A stretch of DNA of 64,000 bases from Octopus sinensis. Its lineage: Eukaryota. A model generated the notes under the pieces. It searched no databases. It saw nothing but the letters and a program-made list of their open reading frames with translations, and had not been told where the DNA came from. The stretch is from NCBI RefSeq assembly GCF_006345805.1, contig NC_043003.1, positions 93,248,001-93,312,000 of the forward strand. Reading direction: 5' to 3'. Shown piece after piece: positions 1 through 11,186 of the stretch; position 1 is the stretch's first letter; each line of letters opens with the position of its first letter. Both the position numbers and the translations under genes were made by a program.

Positions 1-69
1 TATATACATGTATACACCGATGTATATAAGTACATACATATATGTATTATATATATATTATATATATAT

Positions 70-128
<59 letters not shown>

Positions 129-340
129 ATAGTTAATCCAAGCACGAAAGCACAAAGAAAAAACACAACTACGTGAGGACGTAGAACAAGTATAGTGTTA
201 TTGGACGCTCAGGAAAGGAAATATATATACATATATATATACGTACATACATACACGCATATATATATATATATACGTACATACACACACACTCATACAA
301 ATACTCGCACCCATACTCGCATATATTTATATACAACAGA

Positions 341-342
341 TC

Positions 343-427
<85 letters not shown>
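341..427. repeat. (TCTA)n microsatellite at the 5' junction of the Tx1-like LINE
   Basis: Pure TCTA run ending where the LINE coding sequence begins; the same repeat resumes at about 2953-3002. Confidence 0.95.
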
Positions 428-428
428 A

Positions 429-2951
429 GGGTTTGGATGGTCTACCCTACGAGCTTTACAATTGTATGCCAGACTTGTTTGGAGATGTCTTGGCGGCGGT
501 GTACTGCAACTGGCAGCAAAACGGGAGCATTCCTGGTTTTGTGAGCCGAGGAGCCGTAACACTGCTGAGGAAAGATCTAAACAAGGGAAATGTAATAGAT
601 AACTTTAGGCCCATCACTCTGCTTAATGCAGACTTGAAAATTTTGGCCAAGGTGCTAGCCAAGAGGTTGGCGCTTGTCATCGAGAAACTGGTCGACAAGG
701 CGCAAACATGCGCCGTGCCGGGCCGGACCATCCATGACAACTTCTACCTGATGCGCTACATCATAGACAGGGTAGTTAACGAACATGGCATGGGTGGGGC
801 GCTGATCAATTTGGATCAATCGAAAGCTTTCGATAGGGTGGACCATCGATACTTGGAGGCAGTCCTCAGAGCGGCTGGCTTCGGTCCCGTCTTCCGCGGC
901 TGGATAGCCGCTTTGTACAGAGGCATCCGTTCGGTAATTCGCGTAAATTGACATCTATCAAGACCTTTCGACATCGCACGTTCGGTCCGTCAGGGATGCC
1001 CCCTCTCGTCGCTTCTATACGTATTGACTCTCGAGCCATTATTGCGGAAGCTGGCAACTTTGAGGGGCATCCCGTGAAAGATGGGATGCAGGACGAGCGT
1101 GTCTGCATACACGGACGACGTCACCGTCATAGTGTCTAGCCACGAGCACATCGAGCAGGTCGGCGAGACACTGAAAAACTACGAAACGGTGACAGGAGCG
1201 AAAATCAACCGGGAAAAGTCAGTGGGCTTGCGACTAGGCACCTGGAGAAGCAAGCCCATGCCGTCCACCAGCGCCTCCATCGTGGGACGCTGGACCGACG
1301 GCCCGGTCGAGTTGCTCGGGGTCTGGTTTGGTCCGGACCTCCAAGTGGAGAAGAACTGAAACGAGATAACGTGTAGGGTGGTCACTCTCGCCCGGCAATG
1401 GGCCGAGAGGAAACTGTCCCTAAAAGGTCGGGCGGAGGTGGTGAACACGTACATCGCGTCCGTCATCTACTACCGCCTGACTGTCGTGCCTTGTCCCGAC
1501 TCTACTATCACCAAACTAGAACGCATTCTCTTTCGCTTCTTGTGGAAAGGATGCGTCCCGATGGTCAGGCGATCCATTTGCTGTCAACACCCGTTAAAAG
1601 GGGGACTGGGCATGCCGTGGTTGATGATGCGCAGACACGCGCTGAGACTGCGACATCTCAGGCTCTTCGTAGACGACGGTGAACAGGTGTCGTCGCCGTT
1701 TGTGAGGCACGCTTTCCCGCAGCTCGTTTCCATGACCGAACTGCAGTCGTGAATCAAAAAGAGGCCGAGGAAGGGCGAATGGCACCGCGAGTGTCGCGTT
1801 GCTCTCAAGCAACTCTGTCGTCCTGGGTCGACCTTGAGTGACTTCATCACAACCAAAGCATTCTATAGGGGATTAGTGGAGGGGAGGTACGACGACGAGC
1901 TCGGGGCGAACCTGGACGTCGATGAGGAGTACCTGACCTGCCTGTTCGGGACGACTTTCAGGCCAGGGCCCATGGACAACTTCCAGAGATCCCTGGCCTG
2001 GCAGTGCTACCGAGAAGCGCTACCCGTTCGGGATAAGCTCTACAGACACGGCTCGAGAAACACGAGGCCGACCTGCCCGAGATGCGGTCAGAGCGACGAA
2101 ACCGTTCTGCACGCACTCGTGCAGTGTCCAACAATTTCCGACCTGTGGGCTTATGTCGAACAACTGCTGTCACGTGTGGGACGAGTCTGTGTATCAGCTG
2201 AGTCTATCGTCAATATTGTCGCGCCTCCTTCCTTCAAACGGGAAGGAAGAGCTATTTTCATCATTCTTGTGGCTATGGCGAAAGAATGTATCTGGTGGAC
2301 GCGTCTGAAAGGATTGGAGACAAACACTTTCCTCTCTGGTCAATCTCTCATCAACTTCTTCAAGTACCACTTGAAAAGGAAAGTGAGAGTAGAGAGGCAA
2401 GTTTTGTCTAGCGAATGTTTTAAAAAAAGATGGGTGAATGTAGCAGGGATGGCACGTATGAATGACGAAGCCACCTTGAGCATAATCCTATGAACCCAGA
2501 AATTGAAAACAGAGGGTTACCCACTTGCAAACAAATGTAGTAACATATAACAATATTGACCAAGGTTACCGTGGTCTTTTTCGTAGGCTTTTCTTCCCAC
2601 GGATAAACCTTACTTGTTTTCCCTTTTACACCATACATCATAACACTGTGATACACGATCCCTATTGATCGTTTTTTTTTCCTCTTCCCCTTTTTATCCC
2701 CTTTTTCTTCTTTTTTCATTTCTCTTTTCTTTTGTTCCTTTTCCTTTTCTTCTTTTTTTCTTTCTTTTTTTTTCTTTTTTAAATATTTTTTTTTTTGCTC
2801 TTTTTTTCCCTTTTACGATCCTTTTTGATCGAAAACCTACGCCACTTTTTTTTGTTTCTTTTGTTTTTTGTTTTTTTCATCCCCCAAAAGAAAAGCTCTA
2901 CCTTGTAACTTGTCCCATCTGTGTGCAGCCCTGTGTGGCCAATAAAGAAAC
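429..2951 (+). mobile_element. 5'-truncated Tx1/L1-clade non-LTR retrotransposon (ORF2 RT plus C-terminal zinc finger, 3' UTR)
   Basis: One frame (ORFs at 433, 1081, 1378, 1834) gives GLDGLP, NFRPITLLNADLKILAK, LDQSKAFDRVDH, RQGCPLS (988-1008), YTDD (1108-1119), GGLG and CPRC..ETVLHALVQC. A T-rich 3' UTR ends AATAAAGAAAC at 2941-2951. Confidence 0.93.
430..2493 (+). pseudogene. Tx1-like ORF2 reverse transcriptase pseudogene
   Basis: No frameshift; four in-frame TGA stops at 949, 1075, 1357 and 1750. Confidence 0.9.
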
Positions 2952-2982
<31 letters not shown>

Positions 2983-3041
2983 TCTACCTATCTATCTATC
3001 TATATATGTATATTTATATGTATATGTATGTATACATGCAT

Positions 3042-3440
3042 TGGAGTGTATTTATAAAGTTCTTGAGAGTGCATCAGAAAGAGTTCATATACACACTTGC
3101 GCACGCGCACACACACATACACACATACATGAACTCTTTCTGATGCACTCTCAAAAACTTCATAAATGTACTCCACTGTTCCCTCTGCAATTTCATCTAG
3201 ACAGTCGGCAAACGTTTTGCCGACTGCCCGATACGTTGGTGAAGTACCTCCGGAGCATCCAGTATGGCAACGGGTCACCTGTCTCTCGATATTTCCATTA
3301 CTCTGACCACTCCATCCATTAGCTGTCGCTCTTCAGCTTGGTCTCTGACACTGGATGTCCCATCACTCGCATTTAGAAGGAACAGTAGCTCGTCTTTTCA
3401 CTCAAAACGTACACGTACTTTGGTTTTAATCCACCACCTC
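3042..3440 (+). mobile_element. Penelope-like element remnant (GIY-YIG endonuclease C-terminus) with inverted 5' duplication
   Basis: Translation KYLRSIQYGNGSPVSRYFHYSDHSIH*LSL...KEQ*LVFSLKT..FGFN resembles the PLE EHLRSI..PVARHF..H..REQ.LIF.L.T..P.GLN pattern. 3042-3088 is the reverse complement of 3129-3175. Confidence 0.75.
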
Positions 3441-3749
3441 ACTTTTTATAACTTGCACTTTTCTGCATCTTCTCGAGAATGATACACGTTTTCTCTTTGC
3501 TCCTTCTTCTATCCCGCAGCCCCTTCAGTAAAGTAGTCACGCCCTCCTCACTCTCCCTATGACCCACACGTCATTTTTCATACACACAACCGCGCACACC
3601 TTCTGTACATAAACACAGCTAATACATATACAAAACACACACCTTGCTTCGATTACCTTTGACCCGTACTTTCACACCTTTTACTTACAGGCACAACTAC
3701 ACTTTGTTCGCCTACCACCTTGTCTCTTTCACACACACACACACACACG

Positions 3750-3785
<36 letters not shown>

Positions 3786-4214
3786 ACACACACACACACA
3801 CCACACACACACACACACGCGTATATGAAATGAATATTAAATTTGCTTTTTAAAGTTACTAGTACTGAAACAACCTTCAATGTATTTTGTTATTTATTAT
3901 TTAAGCAAAAATTGCTTCGCTTATGTGTGTGTTTGATCTGATGTATCAGTGTGTGAACTCTCCACTATTAAAAATCGACACATATTATTTTGCTTTCAAT
4001 TCTCTTTATTAATTTTTTTCAAAATATAAATGAAATTAATTCAAAATATCAAATTACTATGAGCACGCAAAACTGAGGATCAAAACAGTGATGTACATAA
4101 CCATTCATAACATACCTCGGCAGACTTGGACGTGAACAGAGCTTTCTGCTATTGGGCTTCTCCCTTTAGATCGTGTGTGTAATCGACATACTCACTCCAG
4201 CGACGTCAGTAGAC

Positions 4215-4258
4215 TTTCAAACACCGGTGTTTTGCCATGGTTTTGCTTCCTCAGTGAA
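4215..4258 (-). ncRNA. Degenerate type I hammerhead ribozyme motif
   Basis: Minus strand reads ttca-CTGAGGA-agc..ggc-AAAA-caccggtg-TT-tgaa: 4-bp stem I, palindromic stem III, GAAA changed to AAAA. Confidence 0.55.
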
Positions 4259-4391
4259 CGACATTACTTGGGATTCTAGGACTAAATGAGAATAACTGTT
4301 CTTATTTACAAAATTCAATAAACAAAACAATAAAAATCTATGTTTGCGTGTAAATGTGTCAGGACGTAGTAGGATATTATTTTTAAAATTT

Positions 4392-5038
4392 ATTTCAGTC
4401 ATTTGACTGTGGCCATGCCGCAGCACCGCCTTGAATATTTTTTAGTTGAATAAATTGACCCCAGGACTTATTCTTTGTAAGCCTAGTACTTTTTCTATTG
4501 GTATCTTTTGCCGAACCGCTAAGTTACGGGGACGTAAGCACACCAACATCGGCTTTCAAGCTATGATTGGGGTACAGACACAGACGCATACACAAACGCG
4601 CGCGCGCATGCTAACACACACACACACATACACACATATATATTTCTTTATTGCCCACAAGGAGCTAAACATAGAGGGGACAAACAACGACAGACAAAGG
4701 GATTAAGTCGATTACATCGACCCAAGTGCGTAACTGGTACTTTATTTATCGACCCCGAAAGGATGAAAGGCAAAGTCGACCTCGGCGGAATTTGAACTCA
4801 GAACGTTACAGCAGACGAAATACTGCTAAGCATTTCGTCCGGCGTGCTAACGATTCTGCCAGCTCGCCGCCAACATACACACATATATACATACGACGGG
4901 CTTCTTTCAGTTTCCGTTTCGTAAATCTACTCACAAGGCTTTCGTCGGCCCGAGACTATAGTTAAAAACAACTGCCGAAGATGTCACGCAGTGGGACTGA
5001 ACCCGGAACTTTGGGAAGCTAGCTTCTTACCACACATC
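4392..5038 (-). mobile_element. tRNA-derived CORE-like SINE (family A) interrupted by a family B SINE
   Basis: Tail portion at about 4392-4580 and head portion at about 4890-5038 match the other family A copies. Confidence 0.8.
4643..4872 (-). mobile_element. Meta/MESC-like SINE (family B) monomer with Tx1-like tail and 17-bp TSD
   Basis: Head ggcggcgagctggcagaatcgtt, B-box gagttcaaattc, core gtcgactttgcctttcatcctttcggggtcgat, tail ending gggcaataaagaaat. TSD acatacacacatatata at 4626-4642 and 4873-4889. Confidence 0.88.
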
Positions 5039-5284
5039 CACTGGTAAGGGAAATATATTTGTCGCAAAATCCACACGGGATATTTGCAGTTCCATTTTGA
5101 TCTCAGTACCTGCTACCCTAGTCACTGTAATTATAATTCTATCACTTACCCTCATCTGAATTTAACGTCTCTTACTGCTTCTCACTTTCTTTCCATTTGT
5201 CATTTTAGTATCCCTCTGTCTTCCCGAACAAAAGAACATTTGTATTTTATGATAAGTGTTATATATGTTTCATTGAATGCGTGT

Positions 5285-5371
<87 letters not shown>

Positions 5372-5487
5372 GTCTGTCTGTCTGTCTATCCATCTATCTA
5401 TCTGTCTGTCTGTCTGTCTATCTTTCTGTGTGTGTGTCTGTCTGTCTGTGTGTCCGTCTATCTCTGTTTGCCGGTCAGTTTATATGT

Positions 5488-5548
<61 letters not shown>

Positions 5549-5565
5549 TTTGTTGTGTGTGTGTA
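5285..5565. repeat. Compound (TCTA)n/(TCTG)n/(TG)n microsatellite
   Basis: Directly visible. Confidence 0.95.
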
Positions 5566-8450
5566 CGCTCACACACTGAAACAGACCGTCATTGTAAAAA
5601 AGGAACACATTTGGTTTCAGAGAGCAGTAATTAAAAAATATCAAAATTATTCTGGAATATTTTCTTTGTAATGTTTTGTTTTTACGTTATATTTTGTCCC
5701 TGTAATTATCTGGGTGTGATACAAAATGTTCACTTACGATTATTTACAGTCGGCTCTCAGCCTTAACTAATGCATTAATTGTTAAAAAATATTTTATAAC
5801 TGTTTACTCATTACTTAAACATAACAAGCATGAAATCCTGAATACTTCAAATGTATTTTTTTTTTAAATCTATCTTATTTTTACTTTTACATAACAAAGC
5901 AAACTATTTTGTCGAAAGCGACTTGTCACTTTGTTGAAGAAGCTTGTTTCTTTTCTACCAATTAATATCAGTGAAGCAACTGTGGTGCTGGGGGTGGCAT
6001 CTGTGTGGGATAAGAATGCCGGATCTGTAAGCAGGCGAGTCCGCAATTTGCATACAGTTACTGTCACTCTCTGTGTTTTTAGTAAAAACTTGTGTCTGTG
6101 GCTCAAATGATTTGCATCCTGTTTATTGTCACTGCTCTAGACTTGTGTCTATGGCTGAAATGACTTACACACTGTTACTGTATAGTAAAGAGGTGGTTCA
6201 AAATATTTAGCTTTAAATAAAAAGCGTGTATTGGTATTGGGATTGCTCTATGTTCGTGGTAAATACACATGAACCTGATATTAGGTTTACTCTAAATTTG
6301 TCACAAACGAAATTAAGTTTTCTCTAGAATAGTGGTTTTCAATCTTTTGTATTTCAGCGCTCCCTTTTACTGAATGACATTTTACAAACACTTTCACCTC
6401 GTATCTATTAAAAAAAAATACACCCAAGGGTATAATATTTCAATCAAAGGAAGCTAATTCTGAGCAGTGTTTTATATGTTTTGTACTACCCCCATCTAAC
6501 ATTGTCTCCTTTTAGATATTTGCGTGGGCTAGTATCTACTATTTAAAATTTTTACGGAAATTACAAAGCAAGGCAAAAATTTATACTATGAAATTATATG
6601 AGACTTTGGCATATCATCTGTCATGTTCTTTTCTCCACAGGTAACACTATGTCCTGCATATATTCTAATCCCGAAAACGTTTCTTTTGATAATGTGTTTC
6701 AAATGTAAAGTCTTGTGCCTGGTTTAAATACGTTATTTCTGAGAAAAATCACGACTACTCAAAACATCCAGCACCTCCTAAAGTGCTCTCATGACATTTG
6801 CCGTCTCCTTGTGGTCTCAAAATGTCCCACAAAAAGGGTACAACCAAAAAGGTCAAGGGCCACTCCTGAAGAAGAATTAGAAGTTGAAACTGTAGAATCT
6901 CTAACGATATTAATTCGTTTTCTTTGTCCTTTTCATATTTTGGCGGAAAAGCTGTAGTGGCAAAAATAGTTGAAAACTGAACAAAATTTCTTGACTTATA
7001 TGTTTTCTTCACTTTCAAAGTTCTAAGTTCAAAATCTCAGAAGGTTTATTGCACCTTTCTGCTATTGTCAACAAAATAAGTATCAGTCATGTTATAAGGA
7101 CCATTTAGATAGACTGTAGCCCCTTCCCTACGAATAAGGTTTTCATAAGTTTATAACAAATCTTGCTATGCTAATTAGATACTTGAAGTAAAGCGTCTAA
7201 TGGTATATATGAACCAATTCATTTGATTATCTATCCCCGATGCTAAGTATTCGTAAACAACTTAACATGTTATATTTCTCTCGATGAAGTTATATTATAT
7301 TGGACTGTACATCTGACGGCTGTAATCAAATAATGAAATATGGAAAGTATTTCTCGGAAACGATACGCTATCAAAGAGAATTTAAAGCATTTCATGAAAT
7401 ACAATAACTCTCGTGTTTGAACAGTGTGTATATTTGTTTAAACCAATATGTATAGGTTGTATATATTAAAATATTTATCTGTAAGTGCATTTTTTCCGCC
7501 CATTTCTGTTATTTATGTCATGCATAAATTACTTGACTGGTGAGAAAATTTCGTAGTATCACTTTTGCCAACAATTCAAAGATTTTGTAGATGTTTCTTG
7601 GCAACAATTATTCATTTTGCTGTACTTTTAGTATTAACCATCTTCATATTTTTCTATAGATATAGATCCTAATCGCTATTGTTATTATCTAGTTTTTCTT
7701 CAACCCTACTAAAAAAGACATGTGTGCATCCGTTTTGCTGGAATATGTAGAGCAATGACTCTGAAACTAGTCTCTGATTGCTGGCTTTGTTGGGTGGAGG
7801 TGCTTATCATTCCTGTTTGAAAACTTAAGGACACAGAACGCTTGTGTCACGTAGCCAACTAGAAACGGTGTTTCTTGGGGTTGAAATAGCAGTAGCATTC
7901 TTCCCTTTCCTGGGACTGCCACATTAAATTGGCAACAAACCACTTTAATTTAAAAATTGTCCATGAATATATCAATGGTCAAGCATGCTAAAAAATAAAC
8001 ATATGAATCATAATTACAACGGAGAGGGTGACAAAGACCCTTGCATGCTTAGAAATAGCTGTAAAAACTGCTTTAAAACTACCATAATCACTCATATTTT
8101 TCTCTTCACAATAACGCTGTCTGTGGGTGACATGACATAAAATTCACAATTAAAAAAAATTTTGATCAATTCTCGAAGTCAGAAACTTATACTATATCAT
8201 ATACCGTATCGTGGAATAACGGATATAAACAACACGACACTTTCATTATTCTCATCAGGAGAATGTTCTGTAAATACAAATCATATAGGCGCTGCGTGGC
8301 TGTATGGTAAAAAGCTTGCTACCCAAGCACAAGGTCCCGGGTTCAGCCCCACTGCGTGATACCTTGGGCAAGTGTCTTCAACTATAGCCTCGGGCTGACC
8401 AAATCCTTGTGAGTGGATTTGGTAGACGGAAACTGAAAGAAGCCCGTCGT

Positions 8451-8981
8451 AATACATACGCGGTGAAGCTACACAATAGCGTCGTATTTTTACGTTCGCT
8501 ATTTCCAGTAAATATCGGTACTTAGTTGTGCCATTTATTTACTAATTTGTGTATTTTCCCTCACGGGCTACTTTTTACTGGAAGGCAATACTTTGTATTG
8601 CCTACTGATATTTTGAAACTTCTTACCGTTTCTCGTACTGTTAGCGTTCCGCATTTCAGTCGAGCGTGTTAGTATTAATGTGGTAACATCGTAGATTTCG
8701 TCTTGGTATATGTTTGGCTGATGAAGGTAAAACAAAATATGAGTGAGAGACATATCTTGTAAAACCTGAAACCTGTAGGTACCACATTATCCTTTTCCGG
8801 TTGTTTCATCTTTCAGATGTTCTCCCTGGAGGTAAGACGGTTTTTTTTCTCTAATTTGTTGCACACACGCATTTTTGCTAATACATACGCGGTGAAGCTA
8901 CACATTAGCGTCGTATTTTTACGTTCGCTATTTCCAGTAAATATCGGTACTTAGTTGTGCCATTTATTTACTAATTTGTGT
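8451..8981 (+). mobile_element. Partial tandem (about 1.2 copies) of a 429-bp unit carrying a hammerhead ribozyme; retrozyme or Penelope pseudo-LTR-like
   Basis: 8451-8552 is repeated at 8880-8981 with one mismatch; the hammerhead lies between the two copies. Confidence 0.8.
8710..8787 (+). ncRNA. Type I hammerhead ribozyme, intact core
   Basis: tgg-CTGATGA(8718-8724)-aggt...acct-GAAA(8768-8771)-cct/gt/agg-TA(8780-8781)-cca. Stem II extends through acaa/ttgt and atatg/catat. Predicted cleavage after 8781. Confidence 0.85.
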
Positions 8982-8992
8982 GTATATATATG

Positions 8993-9034
<42 letters not shown>

Positions 9035-9252
9035 GTGTGTTTGTATATATGTTTGTTTGTGTTTGTTCCCCAACTATTGCTTGACAGGCGATGTTAGTGT
9101 GTTTACGTTCCCGTAATTTAGCGGTTCGACAAAAGAGACGATAAAATAAGTACTAGGCTTACAAAGAATAAGTCCTGGGGTCGATTCGTTCGACTAGAGG
9201 CGGTGCTCCAGCATGGCTGCAGTCAAATGACTGAAGCAAGTAAAAGAATAAA

Positions 9253-9254
<2 letters not shown>

Positions 9255-9291
<37 letters not shown>

Positions 9292-9488
9292 GTGTGGGTG
9301 TGTGTGTGTGTGTGTGTGTATGTATATATATAAATGTATATATATATATACATTATATATGTATATATAATATATACATAATATATATATATATATATAT
9401 ATATATCTATATATATATATGTGTGTGTGTATGTATATATATATACATATATATATATATGTATATATATATATACATATAATATATG

Positions 9489-9525
<37 letters not shown>

Positions 9526-9542
9526 ATGTGTATACATACATA

Positions 9543-9575
<33 letters not shown>

Positions 9576-9617
9576 ATATATATATAATATATATATATAT
9601 ATATAGTATATATATAG
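9255..9617. repeat. (TA)n/(TG)n/(CA)n compound microsatellite
   Basis: Directly visible. Confidence 0.95.
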
Positions 9618-9847
9618 TACGTGGATGATAATATTTTCAGCCGAGACATGCGCCTGTATCTGATTGTTCAAGTTCTTCAATTTTGTGCATGTCTATATAT
9701 TTACTCGATTGCTGATATTTATCAGTATTTCTTTTCCAATTGTTTTGATATACTATTTTCTATCATTAATAAATCTGTCAGTATTTTTGAAAACACTGAC
9801 ATACTAATATCTTAGTACTTCTGCTTTTTGATTTTTGCTACTACGGC

Positions 9848-9848
<1 letters not shown>

Positions 9849-9885
<37 letters not shown>

Positions 9886-9909
9886 TCGTCGTTGTTGTTG
9901 TTGTTGTTG

Positions 9910-9940
<31 letters not shown>

Positions 9941-9948
9941 TGTTGCTG
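9849..9948. repeat. (GCT)n-(GTT)n-(GCT)n trinucleotide tract
   Basis: Directly visible. Confidence 0.9.
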
Positions 9949-10382
9949 TTTTGCCATTACAATTGTATTTGTATATCTATTACTTCAATGATCAATGTGT
10001 TCTACGTTTTTTAACGCGGTAGGGTGTCATTTGAAAGTGAAGGAAAGAGAGAGGAAGAGCGAGTCTACCGCAAGAGGAGAGAGAGGAGGAGAGAGAGAGA
10101 GAGAGAGAGAGAGAAAAGAGAGAAAGAGAAAGAGGGGCGATGGAGACGTGACTATGTAATCTTGACGGTTCTAATTTCGTTGTTGTGCAAAGTTTTACTG
10201 CATTATCTATAATATAAAAATATTTGTAACAACCGTACCCTGTTTCTCTTATCGAGATACGTTTGATATCCCTCTATCAAATACTTTAACGGTCATTTTC
10301 TGATCTGATTGACACTTTTCTCCATTTCCTCTGAATACATTGAAGTGTGTCAGGTTGTCATTGCATTATACAATATGGATTT

Positions 10383-10992
10383 AGGGCGGCGAGCTGGCAG
10401 AATCGTCAGGACGCTGGGCGAAATGCTTACCGGTATTTCGTCGGCCGCTACGTTCTGAGTTCAAATTCCGCCGAGGTCGACTTTGCCTTTGCCTTTCATC
10501 CTTTCGTGGTCGATTAAATAAGTACCAGTTACGCACTGGGGTCGATATAATCGACTTAATCCCTTTGTCTGTACTTGTTTGTCCTCCCTGTGTTTAGCCC
10601 CTTGTGGGTAGTAAAGAAATAGGTATTTCGTCTGCCGTTACGTTGTGAGTTCAAATTCCGCCGAGGTCGACTTTGCCTTTCATCCTTTCGGGGTCGATAA
10701 ATTAAGTACCAGTTACGCACTAGGGTCGATGTAATCGACTTAATCCATTTGTCTGTCCTTCTTTGTCCTCTGTGTGTTTAGCCTCTTGTGGGTAGTAAAG
10801 AAATAGGTATTTCGTCTGCCGTTACGTTCTGAGTTCAAATTCCGCCGAGGTCGACTCTGCCTTTCATCCTTTTGGGGTCGATTAAATAAGTACCAGTTAC
10901 ACACTGGGGTCGATATAATCGACTTAATCCGTTTCTCTGTCGTTGTTTGTTCCCTCTATGTTTAGCCCCCTGTGGGCAATAAAGAAATAAAA
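10383..10992 (+). mobile_element. Family B SINE trimer (head plus three units of about 185-190 bp) bounded by one 18-bp TSD
   Basis: Junctions aaagaaata|ggtatttcgtc at about 10622 and 10806. TSD attatacaatatgRattt at 10365-10382 and 10993-11010. Confidence 0.9.
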
Positions 10993-11086
10993 ATTATACA
11001 ATATGAATTTTGTTAACTATTTAGTTGTTTTTACGTACATGGAAGTATTTCTCAGCTTCCGATTACATTAAATATGTAAATAGAAC

Positions 11087-11186
11087 NNNNNNNNNNNNNN
11101 NNNNNNNNNNNNNNNNNNNNNNNNNNNNNNNNNNNNNNNNNNNNNNNNNNNNNNNNNNNNNNNNNNNNNNNNNNNNNNNNNNNNNN
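11087..11186. other. Assembly gap (100 N)
   Basis: Run of N. Confidence 0.99.

Larger units (their letters stand above)
8287..9252 (+). mobile_element. Family A SINE interrupted by a hammerhead-bearing element
   Basis: Head and CORE-like part at 8287-8450 (ccttgggcaagtgtcttc); microsatellite plus tail at 8982-9252. Confidence 0.85.

Noticed and set aside
6860-6905. CTGAAGA..GAAA hammerhead-like string (also 8232-8260 minus)
   Set aside because: No convincing stems I and II or UH cleavage site.
9828-10022. Poly-Ala/poly-Val coding exon
   Set aside because: Trinucleotide microsatellite without coding context.
10430-10990. Hammerhead within the family B tandem unit
   Set aside because: I found no CUGANGA in the repeated unit on either strand, so these arrays are not hammerhead retrozymes.
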